In this document: positions 49,894-62,490 of the stretch, piece by piece
How the letters are laid out: each line of letters starts with the position of its first letter
How positions within the stretch are numbered: the first letter of the stretch is position 1
Assembly (NCBI RefSeq): GCF_018350175.1
Contig: NC_058371.1
Coordinates: 170,376,001-170,440,000 of the forward strand
Source: Felis catus
Taxonomy: Eukaryota
Direction of reading: 5' to 3'
DNA: 64,000 nt
The notes under the pieces: generated by a model
Told to the model about the DNA's origin: nothing
What the model saw: the letters and a program-made list of their open reading frames with translations, nothing else
Databases searched by the model: none
Translations under genes and position numbers: made by a program

Positions 49894-50090
49894 AGCTCTC
49901 TTGTCTTTAAAAGACAGTTGCAGGAGCCTGTTACAAATCATAAGTGAAAAACATCTAGTAGGATATTTAATGCTGATCAGAAGTTCTATTACTTTTTTTC
50001 TCCAAGCTTCATATCTAAGGAGGAAAGAAACCCACAATTTAAGTGTCTAAATCAAGTGGTTGCAGTTTTTGTTCAGAAACAGTACTCAGG

Positions 50091-50297
50091 GGGCGCCGCT
50101 GTGGCGCAGTCGGTTAAGCGTCCGACTTCAGCCAGGTCACGATCTCGCGGTCCGTGAGTTCGAGCCCCGCGTCAGGCTCTGGGCTGATGGCCCGGAGCCT
50201 GGAGCCTGTTTCCGATTCTGTGTCTCCCTCTCTCTCTGCCCCTCCCCCGTTCATGCTCTGTCTCTCTGTCCCAAAAATAAATAAACGTTGAAAAAAA
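50091..50297 (+). mobile_element. Young CAN-SINE with 16-bp TSD agaaacagtactcagg
   Basis: TSD at 50075-50090 and 50298-50313; CpG-rich. Confidence 0.97.
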
Positions 50298-50429
50298 AGA
50301 AACAGTACTCAGGAGAAAGTGAGTATCGCTGGGGCAGACCAGCCATTCATTGGTAGATGGATCTGGGTTTGTAGGTGCTGGGTACAAAATCACACAGGGA
50401 AGTCAATGTGCTAACTTCCTATACACATG

Positions 50430-51190
50430 GTTTGGATTAAATGACACCATGAGAAAACAATTGTGCAAATCCAGAATATGATAATTTTATAAGAAAATTG
50501 ACCTTCAAAAGCCAATATCATGAAGAAAGGGGAGGGTTGCTATTACAAAATAAGAGACTTAAGGTACAACCAACTGCATTATTTGCTCTTTAAGGAAATC
50601 CTAGTTTATTATTTTTAATGTTCATTCATTTTTGAGAGACAGAGAGAGAGAGAGACAAAGAGAGAGAGAGAGAGAGCATGCACAAGCAGGGGAGGGGCAG
50701 AAAGAGAGGGAGTCGCAGAATCCGAAGCAAGCTCCAGGCTCTGAGATGTCAGCACAGAGCCTGACGTGGGGCTCCAACACACAGATGGCGAGATCATGAC
50801 CTGAGCGGAAGTCAGACGCCCAACCAACTGAGCCACCCAGGTGACCCAAAGGGAATCCTAGTTTAAAAGAAACTTTATAGAAGACATTTTGGGTACAACC
50901 AAGGAAATCTGAATACATACCGGTGACCTGATAATACTAGGGCATTACTCCACTTTATTAAGACTGACAGTGGCCTGGTTATGGAGGAGAATGTGATCAC
51001 ACTTTGGAGACACACACTAAAGTATTTAGAGGGAAAGAGCGTTGATGCCTGCAATTCATTTTGAAATGGTTGAAAAAATAGTTGGGGTATGTGTGAAAGT
51101 ATGTGTGTATGTGTGTATAAGAGGTAATACAGAATATGTTTGCAATCATTGAAACTAGGTGTAGTTACATGGGTTTCTTTGAACTTATCT
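50430..51190 (+). mobile_element. Old L1 (L1MC/ME-like) 3' fragment, interrupted by a SINE
   Basis: gagacacacactaaagtatttagaggg...gatgcctgcaattcattttgaaatggtt. Confidence 0.65.
50609..50847 (-). mobile_element. CAN-SINE with 17-bp TSD aagg(a/g)aatcctagttta
   Basis: TSD at 50592-50608 and 50849-50865. Confidence 0.95.
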
Positions 51191-51191
51191 A

Positions 51192-51275
51192 TCTTCTTCC
51201 CTCCCTCCTCCTTCCTTCCTTCCTTCCTTCCTTCCTTCCTTCCTTCCTTCCTTCCTTCCTTCTTTTCCTTCTTTC
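51192..51275. repeat. (CTTC)n microsatellite / polypyrimidine tract
   Basis: Direct read. Confidence 1.
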
Positions 51276-51864
51276 AAATGTTTCAAAAATATTCGTAACA
51301 AAATGTTGTCTGGGACTAGGACTGAAAGTCATTAAGCAGTGCCCACAGAGTACTCAGGTCAACAACCTGACCAGTGCTTCCTCCATTCATTCATTCATTC
51401 ACTCATTCATTTCCCTGGAGCACTTTCTCTTATCTCTACACTGATGACAGTCACTTACCAGTTCACTATTGGTCATTTCATTTATATTTAACCCACTCCT
51501 TCACCGGCTCACTACACAGAAATGGCGCTTGCCAGCCGTCAAATCAATGACGTGAGCACTGAGGATGGGAAGGAAAGAGAGGTCAAGCCCCTTGGCTTCC
51601 TGATTTGGGGAGGAGAACTAGAACCAGAGGCCCTGCCAAGTACACACAGTCCTGTGACAGTTGTAGAGCTGTGTGAAGAACTGATCGATTTCACCATTTG
51701 ATATTCTAATAAATGAATACTTTTTAGCTAAGAATCCAAAGTAACCACAAAACTGCTGTACTTCACCAGTACTTGGCATTTCAAAAGGCATCTAAGTTAA
51801 GTTAGAAAACTACTAAAATTCATCCAAACAAGTTATTAGATTACTAAATGAAAATAAAACATGG

Positions 51865-52335
51865 TGAAAAAGAATGAGATCTTGCCATTTGAGACAACGT
51901 GGATGGACCTAGAGGGCATTATGCTAAGTGAAAGAAGTCAGACAGAAAGACAAATACCATATGATTTCACTTACACGTGAAATATAAACAACCAAACAAA
52001 TGAACCACAAACAAACAGAAAAGAAAAACCCAGACTCTTAAATACAGACAACAACTGATGGTATCCAGTTGGGGAGCAGAGTAGGGGAAATGGGTGAAAT
52101 AAATAAAAGGGATTAAGAGATACAAACTTGTGGTTATAAAATAAATAAGTCACAGAGGCGAAAAGCACGGCATAAGGAATATAATGAATAATACTGTAAT
52201 AATGTTGTATTGTGACAAATGGTGACCACACTTATGACGAGCATGCCTGTCGTGAGTAATGTATAGAAACGTCCAATCAATACGTTGCACACTTGAAACT
52301 AAGATCCCATTGTGTGTTGATTATACTTTACAAAA
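51865..52335 (+). mobile_element. L1 3' end (L1MA9/L1_Carn-like)
   Basis: aatgagatcttgccatttgagacaacgtggatggacctagagggcattatgctaagtgaa. Confidence 0.9.
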
Positions 52336-52339
52336 TGAT

Positions 52340-52630
52340 GAAATGCTCATTATGCAGATAGGATGACCACACAAATAGCCTATCCTTTGAGAAGTTTGTA
52401 TGGCTTGGGCAACACAACTATGAAGAAAAGTAAGAAAGTGACCAAGATAAATGTCAAGAGCCATCTCACTGGGGAGAGCCCAGGAAGGGCTTCCAAGATG
52501 GCAAAATTCTACTCCTTGATTTGGATCTACTTCTTGACACAGGGATTGCAAGACTGTTCATCTTCAATAATTAACTGAGCTCTGTGTTTGTGTCATGTGG
52601 TTTTCTATAATTATGCTACATTTTACAATT
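52340..52630 (+). mobile_element. Old L1 (L1ME/MC-like) 3' fragment
   Basis: gggcttccaagatggcaaaattctactccttgatttgg...ttcaataattaactgagc. Confidence 0.5.
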
Positions 52631-52635
52631 TAAAA

Positions 52636-52694
52636 TATTTTAATTTTTTTGTTTATTTGTTTGAGAGAGACAGAGATAGTGTGAGCAGGGGAGG

Positions 52695-52728
<34 letters not shown>

Positions 52729-52847
52729 CCCAAGCAGGCTCTGCACCGTCAGCACAGAGCCCAAAGTGGGGCTCAAACTCACGAAACCATGAGATCATGA
52801 CCTGAGCTGAAACGGACACTTAACTGACTGAGCCACCCAGGCGCCCC
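52636..52847 (-). mobile_element. CAN-SINE with 12-bp TSD tacaatttaaaa
   Basis: TSD at 52624-52635 and 52848-52859. Confidence 0.93.
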
Positions 52848-53524
52848 TACAATTTAAAAGATTTTAAAAGGGAATACGTAGGCCAACCTCCATCATGACT
52901 CAACCTCATTTCTTTTTTCTCTGTTTAGTAACTAAAGCCATTTTCCATTTGGTTTTACTTAGAGAATTTTGGAGTGGGAAAGTGCCACTTTCCAAAGGTT
53001 TTTCACTTAAATGAAGCATACCTCCATGTAACAATATTCCTCAAGTTCACTGTTAAAATGGTGGCTGGGATCTACACATGCTCTCTGCACAGTATATTTT
53101 TAAAAAAATATTTGGATATCAGACAAAGGAGCCAAAGTACTGTTTAGCTTTGAAAAATAAAAGATACATCATCTTCTGCAAATTTGCCATGTGAACGGCT
53201 CTAGGCAGGCACTTGGTGTTGGGAATGGCCACAGTGCCCCTCACTCCCATCTTATATCAATGGCACTTTTGTTTGAATCACACAGTTGTCTAGTGACACC
53301 TACTCAGCGTTGGTAGGAGGCCAAAAGTCAAGACAACAGGGTTCTAGTCACAGGTCTGCCAATAACCAACAGCTTCTAGCAAATCACTTCACTTCTCTAA
53401 CTCCAAGACAGCCCTGCACAAATCTATAGGCTTTCTGAACCCTCTTCCGCCCTACCCTCTCACCTTGAAATTTAACAGCATCTTTTCCTGAACCCTAACT
53501 GACTCGTGTACTCCTCATCTCCCC

Positions 53525-53700
53525 ATGGCTGGTTACACAGGTTGTGCCCTGGACAAGGATGCCCAGCCGAGGAGACAAGTTGAAGGTAAGAACCAGCCTG
53601 GGCTCTCTTTATCAAACCACACCAACTCTTCTGAAGGGAAAGTCACGTTTTCCAAATACACAAAAAAGCCACTGTCTGTACCCAAACTCATACATTCTAC
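53525..53700. mobile_element. MER91-like (hAT-Tip100) MITE
   Basis: caggttgtgccctggacaaggatgcccagccgagg. Confidence 0.55.
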
Positions 53701-53729
53701 CCTCAGATGTGTTTCTGAGTTTATATAAA

Positions 53730-53910
53730 ATTGCTCAAGGGGCTCTCAGATATAAGTGCTATTATTATCCTCGTTACCCAGGTGAAGAAACTGAAGTAAA
53801 GACCAGTAAGTAATTTGTCCAATTTCATATGGCTGGTAGGTGGCAGAGTCCAGACTCTAAGCTGGGTGGTCTGGCTCCTGACCCATGTTCTTACACAGCA
53901 TGCTATGCTT
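53730..53910 (-). mobile_element. MIR
   Basis: attattatcctcgttacccaggtgaagaaactgaag...gtaggtggcagagtccagactc. Confidence 0.75.
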
Positions 53911-55702
53911 CCTAAATACATCTGTATCCCTGTGATTTTCCCCTATTATCAGTTCAGTTGTAAACTATTCCTAAAGATCTGACTTCTCACTGCCTGTGCC
54001 ACCTTCTTTTCCTTAAACTATGGCATAAGAAAATAAGCCCCCAAATTCAGAAGAATGTCAAACTGTGCATTTGCTATCAATTCACTCACCACCATGGGGA
54101 TAAAAAAATAACAACCTGTGATGTCACTGCATTTTTATCTCTGTATGTAAAGAATCATCACAAATATCCAAAGAATCCAAACTGAAATAACCCTGTACAC
54201 AATTTGACTCCCTATGGAATGAAAAATAAATATCCATTAATGGAGAACGGAGGGGATGAGAAGGAAGGAAGACAAGATGCCTCATTTAAGACCATTAGGC
54301 ATTTCTACAACAAAATATTTCCCTACCTTCCTCTGGTTCTTTAAACTTACAAATAATGTATTATGGCAGGAAATCTGTTCTTTTGGCTGATTTGTGATGA
54401 AGACAGCAGGTGGTAATCCCAGCCCACTAAAATGTCATTCATCATGGGGCCTCATGACACCTCAGTGTAATGGCAGCCCCAGACTGAGGAAGCAGCTGCC
54501 ATCTTGGCATCCAGGGAAGCAAACGTTGCTCAGGCTGTGTATTTAGCTCTCCTTACCTCTTCCTGCACAAATAATGTGCCCGTCAACAAGGAAGGAGTCC
54601 TGTCTTCAGGGTGTTACAAAGAAAATAGGGTAACACAGGACTACTACAGGCAAATTCAAGAAAAAAACACAGAAGACTATTCTTTGTAAACTCAACAGGC
54701 GAGAGCCATGTTTAACCAAAAATGAAACAAAAGCAACAATGAGAACTTCTGCCCACACGTCATCTTGGAAAACATGAACTAAAACAGTGGGGAGAGGAAG
54801 AAACGAGAAGAGGTTTAAAGGGTAACTCTGTTATTATTAGAACTTGTGCTATGTTCTAAGAGGTCCTTGATTATATTTTAAAAACCTTTTATAATCGAGA
54901 TGTCCTCAGAGATGGCCTAGAACCAATACTGTCCTGCTAAATGCTTAACCATCGGTTCATGGGGGTAGAGGGGGAAGCCCTGATGTGTGGCATTTGCCAG
55001 TCCCCGTGGTGTAAAAATGCCAACCGCTGTCAAGTTCAAACTCAACCTGATGTCACTGAACACAGAGAGGAGGAGATACACACAGTCTTCTCTCCTGAGC
55101 CATAGAAGCTGGCTCTGAAATACCACTGCAAAATTGCAATCCATATTACATAGACACGATGAGGCTAAGAGTTAAATACAATATTTCAAATGTATTACAA
55201 TTTCTAAATATCCATGATATTGGAGAATTTATCAAATAATAATTGAAAACAAAGCATACGACCACACAAAAATGTAAATGCTTCTAAACTTGCATGTACT
55301 CCTCTGTGTAAATAGTCAACATCTTACAGAACACGCAACTATTATGACAATACAAGCCTATTATCTCCTCAGATAGCTGCTTCCAATTTACTGGCTACTA
55401 GGGAAGCAATAGAAAGCAAAGCAAAAGGTCTCTACTAAATTCCCGAAAATTGGAGCAGTAGCAACAATCCAAAGAATAGGCCTTTTGCAAACATTTGAAA
55501 TCACATATAAAAACTTTACTTTTGTTCTCCTGAAGTAAATGTTTCTGAGATATGGGATACAGCTCAGGTCCTCGAAAGTTTGCATGCTCTCTAGTCCTAA
55601 ATTTGAAGACCACGGCTCTTCCTTTATTAGGAGAGCCAAGAATTATAAGCAAAGCTAGTAGCTGTTCCCAGATCCGTTCTAGCATATAGCGACAAAATTT
55701 TT

Positions 55703-55922
55703 TTTTTAATTTTTTTTTCAACGTTTATTTCTTTTTGGGACAGAGAGAGACAGAGCATGAACGGGGGAGGGGCAGAGAGAGAGGGAGACACAGAATCGGA
55801 AACAGGCTCCAGGCTCCGAGCCATCAGCCCAGAGCCCGACGCGGGGCTCGAACTCACGGACCACGAGATCGTGACCTGGCTGAAGTCGGACGCTTAACCG
55901 ACTGCGCCACCCAGGCGCCCCA
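55703..55922 (-). mobile_element. Young CAN-SINE with 12-bp TSD gacaaaattttt
   Basis: TSD at 55691-55702 and 55923-55934; CpGs largely intact. Confidence 0.97.
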
Positions 55923-56168
55923 GACAAAATTTTTAACTAAATAAATTTGTGGATATTTACCAGGGTGTAACACCCTTACAGAGGACAAACACACATCCCA
56001 CCTCCAACTTAAGAACAGAAACTATCACACAAAAGCTTTGCCCACACTGCTAGGGAGGCAATCAGAACGAGCAGTGCTATTTCGCCCCTGATGGACACAG
56101 AGAGCTGCTGTCTGTAGAAGGAAGGAGGGAGGACGAATGCTATTTCCAACAATCAACAGCTCTGTTCT

Positions 56169-56200
56169 TTCTTCTTCTTCTTCTTCTTCTTCTTCTTCTT
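56169..56200. repeat. (TTC)n trinucleotide microsatellite
   Basis: Direct read. Confidence 1.
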
Positions 56201-56576
56201 TTAATTGCTAGAACACCTGCTGCCTCAGTCTCTTTAGCCTCATCCATTATGCAACACGTTGGCGGTGATGGGACCCGTATATGCCACTGCACACAACGAC
56301 AAACCTGATGAAAGACAAGGGAGCAGACCCAACATCTCAAAGAATACACAGCAAAGAGCCCACACGTGTCCTCTCCCCACTCTTGGTACTGGACGGCCCT
56401 TCAAAGACCTACTCACCAAAATGTATTGAGTTGTCATTTTATGGCACAGGGTGGAGTTAAAATGCCAAGACAATACTTGATCTTCACATCATGTCTTTAG
56501 GGGCATTAAATTATTATTTCATGGGGATTGGCCTTCACATTTACTCTTTGGCCTACCCAAGAGAGGAAATACTTAA

Positions 56577-56820
56577 CAGAAGCATTTCCCGGTGTCCCAC
56601 AGTATCCTAATTCCACAGGATGTTAAGGGATGTGATGTGGAAAAAAGGCTCCATGGTCAAGTAAGTTTGAGGAACGCTGTGTTTAAAAAAAAACAAAAAT
56701 AAAAAAAAACCCGCTTTTTTTTCAACTTTGAGCTTCTCAGAGCTCAAACATTAGTAACAGACTAATGTGCACAGACATTCTCCAGTGGGGAATAACATAG
56801 CACTTCCCAATCCGTCTACC
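56577..56820. mobile_element. MER103-like hAT-Charlie MITE
   Basis: ccacaggatgttaagggatgtgatgtggaaaaaaggctccatggtcaagtaagtttgaggaac. Confidence 0.65.
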
Positions 56821-58089
56821 CAAGACCTCTTTTTGAGAAAAGTCTCTGGTGAGTGGAACCATAAGAAAGTCTGGCTTTCTGCAGAGCTGGCTAACTCTTG
56901 GCCTGGGGGACTAAACAGGGCCTCACACATGTTGTTTGGCCTTCGTCATCTTGTATCACCTGGTCACCTGGTTTTTAAAAATTTGAAAAAGCCACCAAAA
57001 TTAAAAAATCAGAAACGCTGATACTTAAACAACAACAAAGGGTCTTTATTGCTTCTCTTAAAAAAAAAAAAAAAAACTGGACTAATGGAACCTGCTGTGC
57101 CCACAGACTTGCTTTCTCTGTGCAGAGTATTTTAAACCATAAAGGAATTTTTTTAAAAAAAACTGTATATGGCATCCAGGTTGGGGCAAAGTTAAGGAAA
57201 GAAAAATTACAAGTGCGCTTGCATATAAATGTTCAGAGAAGTGAAACAAAGCGAGTGAGAATGGGATGGTAAAGAGGTCTTCTGAAAAGAGGGATGAGCT
57301 CAGATGGGCAGGAAGAAAGGGGGGATATATGCAGAAAGGAAGGTCCAAGAACACAAGCACAGGGCTGGGATCAGAAAGTCATAAAAACAGATCACAGACT
57401 GCCTCAAATTAGAGACACGAAACACACATGTTTGATTTAAATTTGCAATTTAATCGAGGAACTCAGCAGTCAGGAATTTTAATAATTAAGTAGCTCTGAG
57501 CCATACATAGGGTCAAATCAAGCCTTTTGGCCATTAAACCCAATCTCTAAGAGGATAAACACCAGATATTTCGGAGATATATGACTAAGTAATTCCCCAA
57601 ACAATTTCCATCAAATGCCAGGTGCAAAAGCAATCACGTCAAAATCCTCTCCAGTTCCACAGACCTGGGATAGCAGGGCCTCCAAGAACCAGTGAACCGG
57701 TCGAAAATAATTCTGGAACTTCAGAGATCCTGTTACTGAGAAGCAGAAATAGATTTTCAAGTGCTCACTTTGAAATATTAAGCACTGTTCCACCCAGATC
57801 TTTCCACCATCCTAGAACATTTATTAAAAACCAGTTCAAAGTGAGTCAGCTTCTAAAATAAAGCTCCACCTTGCCTCAAGTCACGATGCATAGTAGTTTA
57901 ACTTCACCACAATGTGATAAGCACAGTCTAAAAAGCAAAACAAAAAATACAAAAGTACTTTCGTATTAGGAAGTTAGATCTAACATGATAGGAGCTCAAA
58001 ACATGTTTCTCACTATGAATTAAGATCTAACTGTTGCTGTTCTATAATTTGTTATTTTTCACATGATGACTCTTTTCAAGATTTCTCTC

Positions 58090-58306
58090 TTTTTTAAGTT
58101 TATTTATTTATTTGGTGGGGGTGGGGGTGGGGGTGGGGGTGGGGGTGGGGGTGGGGGGAGGATGAGTGGGAGAGGAGCAGAGAGAGAGGGAGACAGAGAA
58201 TCCCAAGCAGGCTCAGTGCTGTCAGTGCACAGCCCAACACTGGGCTCGAACTCACAAACCGTGAGATCATGACCTGAGACAAAATCAAGAGCCACCCACG
58301 TGTCCC
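58090..58306 (-). mobile_element. Older CAN-SINE carrying a (GGGGGT)n expansion and an internal deletion
   Basis: aatcccaagcaggctc...ctcgaactcacaaaccgtgagatcatgacctgag; ctctcttt duplication. Confidence 0.9.
58114..58158 (+). repeat. (GGGGGT)n hexamer repeat, seven G5-6 tracts
   Basis: Direct read. Confidence 1.
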
Positions 58307-58379
58307 AACTCTCTTTAAGAGCTCAAAACCGCTACCCCCAGACTCGATTAGTCTTCTACCTATATTCTCAAAAGAATGC

Positions 58380-58870
58380 CTTGCTTTGAAAAGATTGGCA
58401 TCCTCAGACACAAAAAAGATCACTCTCCAAAACCTTGGGAGCTACCAGAATCTTCCCTAACATTAGCACCTTTTTTTCTACCTTTGAGAACTGCCTCTCC
58501 TTCTTTCAGAGCAAGTCCTTCCAACTCAGGCCACTGTTCCACTTGTTCCCCCTCTGATCCCCTCCACTCCTTTCTCTTTGCACTGCTGGCCAAGCTGGAG
58601 TATCTTCAAAATACCTGACTGCATATGGCATTCTTGATTCGAATATTTCCAAATGTTGCCTACTGCCTGAAGCTCCAGCCCTAACTCCTTGGACTGCTGA
58701 TCAAGAAATCTGCTGAACGAATCTATTCCTTGTGTAAATTCACCACACATATCCATGGCTCTTTACCCCATTTACGATATCCAGAATACCTTTACTCTTT
58801 ATTTACTTGTATCCAATCCCATGTTCGAATCTCCAGATCACATATTCTAAGATCTCTACAAAGCACCCAC
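58380..58870 (+). mobile_element. L2 fragment
   Basis: ttgcactgctggccaagctggag...atgttgcctactgcctgaagctccagcc. Confidence 0.5.
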
Positions 58871-58944
58871 TAGTACCTGGTGTCTCTTTGTAAACCACAT
58901 TTCTCTCCAACTCCTAAAGCATTTACTGCCTCTTACACATGAAG

Positions 58945-59160
58945 TAGACAGGATTTATAATCAGAAGATATGGGCTTAAATCCTGACTTCACCACTAATT
59001 CTCTGTGATTTGGGGAAGGTACATCTGTACTGTGGCTCTTTCTTCACCTGTAAGATAGGGAAAATGATAGCACTGATCTTAGGTAAGGATTAAATGAGGT
59101 TATGCATATGAGAGCACATGAAAACTGTTCATGTAACTTACCTACTGTCATTAATACTTC
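58945..59160 (+). mobile_element. MIR
   Basis: gggcttaaatcctgacttcaccactaattctctgtgatttgggg...cacctgtaagatagggaaaatg...ggattaaatgaggtt. Confidence 0.8.
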
Positions 59161-59169
59161 TATGTTTTG

Positions 59170-60990
59170 CCCCTGTGTTCCTGAGTAGATTAATTTATTC
59201 GACAATTATTTACAGAGTACACGTTCTGTAACTGGTATTCTTCTAGACCCTGGAAATGTGGTCTCTGAATTCATAGCACCGTCTAGTAGACAAGAAAGAT
59301 AATAAACAATATAACATACAGTATAAGGTAGTGATAAGAGCTACGAAGAAAAATAGAGTAAAACAAGGGGATAAAAAGTGGCAAAGAATGGATGGCTACT
59401 TGAGATATTTTAGATTTAAAAGGCTTCTCCAAAGCAGTGACACATAATCAGAGACATGGATGAAGGAGGTAGTGAGGAAGGCTCATTGCCGTGGGAAAAG
59501 CACACCAGGCAGAGAAATGCAAGTTCAAGGCCCACAGGTCAGTGTGAGCGTGGAATTTCTGGCGGAGAAGGAAGCAAGTATGGCTGAAACGTAGCCAGTT
59601 AAGGGAGGCAGGGCAACAAGATGAGAGCAGAGAGGTAGCTAATAGCCTTATAGACAATAATAACATTGTAACTTACTCTCAGTGCTATTCAAAGCCACTG
59701 AAAAGAGAGTTTTGAGCAGGGAAGTGATACAATTTGATTAACATTTTAAAAAAGCCACTCTGGCCATTGTATGGAGAGTTGACATGGAGAAACAGATGGG
59801 CAAGACTGGGGACAGGAAGACGGTGAAGACACAGTTGTGTAGGCCAGTTGAGAAAAATGGTAACTTGGACTAGTAGCTGAGGGGGGGGGGGGGTAAGAAG
59901 TGGTCAGATCCCAGGCTTATTTTGGAGACAGAAGCTAAAAGGTTTGTTGATGGATAGCCACGATACCAGCAAAGGAGAAGAGTAGAGAATATCTATATAT
60001 TTTGACCTAGAGCAACAGAATGCATGGTAGTACAAGTTCTTAAGATAGAGAAGGTTTGGATAGGAGCAGCTTTGGAAAGAAAAATCATGAACAGTATTTC
60101 AGTCCTATTAAGGTTGAGATGACTGTGTGATATCCAAGTGGAGACACTGGGGAAAGAATTAGACATAGTGGAGCTCAAAGGCAAGAACAGAGCTAGAGAT
60201 ACATGATTAGATGTGGGCCACAAGATAAAATCATCCATGCCATGTGCAAGAGAAGAGGTCCAAGGACTGAACCCTGAGACCAGCCAACAGTTAAAAGTCA
60301 GGAAAAAGAGGAGAGTCCAGAAAAGGAGAACCAGAAGGCATAGCTAAGGAGTTAGGAGGGCAGTTATAAGATAAGGATGGTCTAGAAGCCAAGGGAGAAA
60401 AAATGTTTGAAGAAGGAAGGAGTCGTTAACGGTCAAACCATGCTGAGAGGTGGTGTAAGATGAAAACCGGGAAATATCTGTTGGATTTGGGCAGTGAAGG
60501 GCACAGGTAACCTTGACATGAGTAATTTCTTTGGAATGGTGAGTATGTGCATCCTCTGGAGTAGATAATGCAAGGAAAGCACAGTCAAGTCTTCAAGTGC
60601 GCAGATCTCGAGAAGCAGGCGGAGATGGGCGTGCACTTTAGAAAGGGCACGTGCTAAAGGAAGGACTCAGTGGCAAAAAGAAGTCAGTGATGTAGAAAAG
60701 AGAGAGATGACAATTGAGGGAGCAGAGAGCCAATTTTTGAACCTGTGGAGGGACGCAGATCACAAGGGGAAGGTCTGGCTTCAGATGTGCAGGGAGAGAT
60801 CATTCATTGGAACAGAAGGAAACCAGAGTAAATGAGTACAGAGCAAGGTAGATGACAAGTTTGATGGTAGGAAGATGAGCAGATCTTTTCAGATTGCTTT
60901 TTAGAAGGCATCCATTGAGGGTAAGGGGAAAAGAATGGCACTGGAGGTTTAGGAAAGAAAAAGGTGGAGAGTGAACTGATACGTGGGTGG
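59170..60990 (-). mobile_element. Long L2 remnant (~1.8 kb, ORF2 end to 3' tail)
   Basis: Collinear reverse-L2 landmarks: ttattcgacaattatttacagag, agagttttgagcagggaagtga, gatatccaagtggagac, gtttgaagaaggaaggagtcg. Confidence 0.9.
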
Positions 60991-62337
60991 TGAATACATT
61001 CAAGCTGCCATCTGATGGTCCATTCCTCCCTTACCACCTACTTTGGCTCTCCTTCAAGAACCTGTGCAGCTTTGCAGCTGTTATCCAAAAGCACACAACC
61101 CTGGGACTTGTGCTTCAAGATGAGCCTTACTTCTCTGAGAAACTCTAAACCTGAAGCCAGAAGAAACGCAAAGCCAGAGGAACTCTTACAAGTTGTTCAA
61201 AACCAGCAAAGATATTATCCTGAAAAGGGGTATTAACTCTAAAAGGAGAGGTTTTGTGGGCTGTGTGTAGCCAGCCACACTTGAGACACTATGAAAACGC
61301 CTAGGACTGCAAGCATGGCCCACAGCCCACATTCAGAATCACCTTCACCTCTCATTTTGACAAGTACATGGGAGTCACTGACAAGCGGGACGTGCCAGAG
61401 AAACAATACTTCAAACAGACTTGGGGAATCTATTACTGAATTCAAGGAGACAGAAAACAAACCAGCATGGTCTGAGTTTTGAGTTGTGACCACACTCACA
61501 TATTCTGGAGTAATATTAAGGATCCCATTTTCCGCAAAAAAAGGAAGCAAGCTCAGCAAAGGTGGAAGAGTGTCAGTCACTCAAATGTAGTTGGCTCCCT
61601 TTCAGTGGTTGTGGTGGTTTAAACATACCAATGTCCGATTACCAAGAGGTGCAGCTTACCGACTTTCCACCTCCTAGGAGGTACGATGGTCTGTATAGCT
61701 CAACTGATTCATAGGATGAACCCTGTGACAGCTTCATAATTATGGGGAAAGCTGTCCAGTTGATGATATTTAAGTGGAGCCATTACGACAAATCCTCTAC
61801 AGAGTCTCTTGGGAGAAGGGTTTGAAAATCACTAAGATACACACCTTGCCTGGGTTTTCAAGGGTAGTATGACAGCTTTGTAACTTCTTAAAAATAAGAA
61901 TCTCTCCACAAATGAGCTTCACCCACATTCCCAACAGACAAAGGCCCAGAGTTAGAAGTCTGAGCAGCTACCCACATGCTGTGGTGGCCAAATAACAGAA
62001 AAGGGTGTGTAAAAGTAAACAGGACTCCAAAGGGGAGTTAGAATGTCATCACCAACCTTGATCTTATCTGAATGAGAGAAAAACAGAGACTTGATAATGC
62101 AGGGCTAGAAGTCTTGCCCCCAATGTATTAGATTTTAGAATGGTAATTGAATGTATGTACTGGCCCCTATGTAACACCTCCAAGAAGTCTAGCCAAGTAC
62201 CCTGTAATCAAACACAATATTTTTTGTGGTAAAAAGTTTAAATGTTCACATGAAATAGAGTAAATAGTAAATGAAGATAATGAATACCATGAAGTCATTT
62301 CAGACAGGTCAGAGTTTTGCCACTAAATGAATTATGG

Positions 62338-62490
62338 TAGGAAGGAAGGAAGGAAGGAAGGAAGGAAGGAAGGAAGGAAGGAAGGAAGGGAGGAAGGAAG
62401 GGGAGAGACAGGGGAGGGGAGGGCCCAGGAGGGGAGAGGAAAAGGGAGGGAGGGAAGCAGCGGAGGGGAGAAGAAAGGAAGAAGAAAAAA
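62338..62490. repeat. (GGAA)n microsatellite within a ~150-nt almost pure purine tract
   Basis: Direct read. Confidence 1.

Noticed and set aside
58063-58423. Poly-G, poly-P and (PH)n ORFs
   Set aside because: Translations of the (GGGGGT)n repeat. The HT, RE, RKEG and poly-R ORFs elsewhere likewise come from microsatellites.
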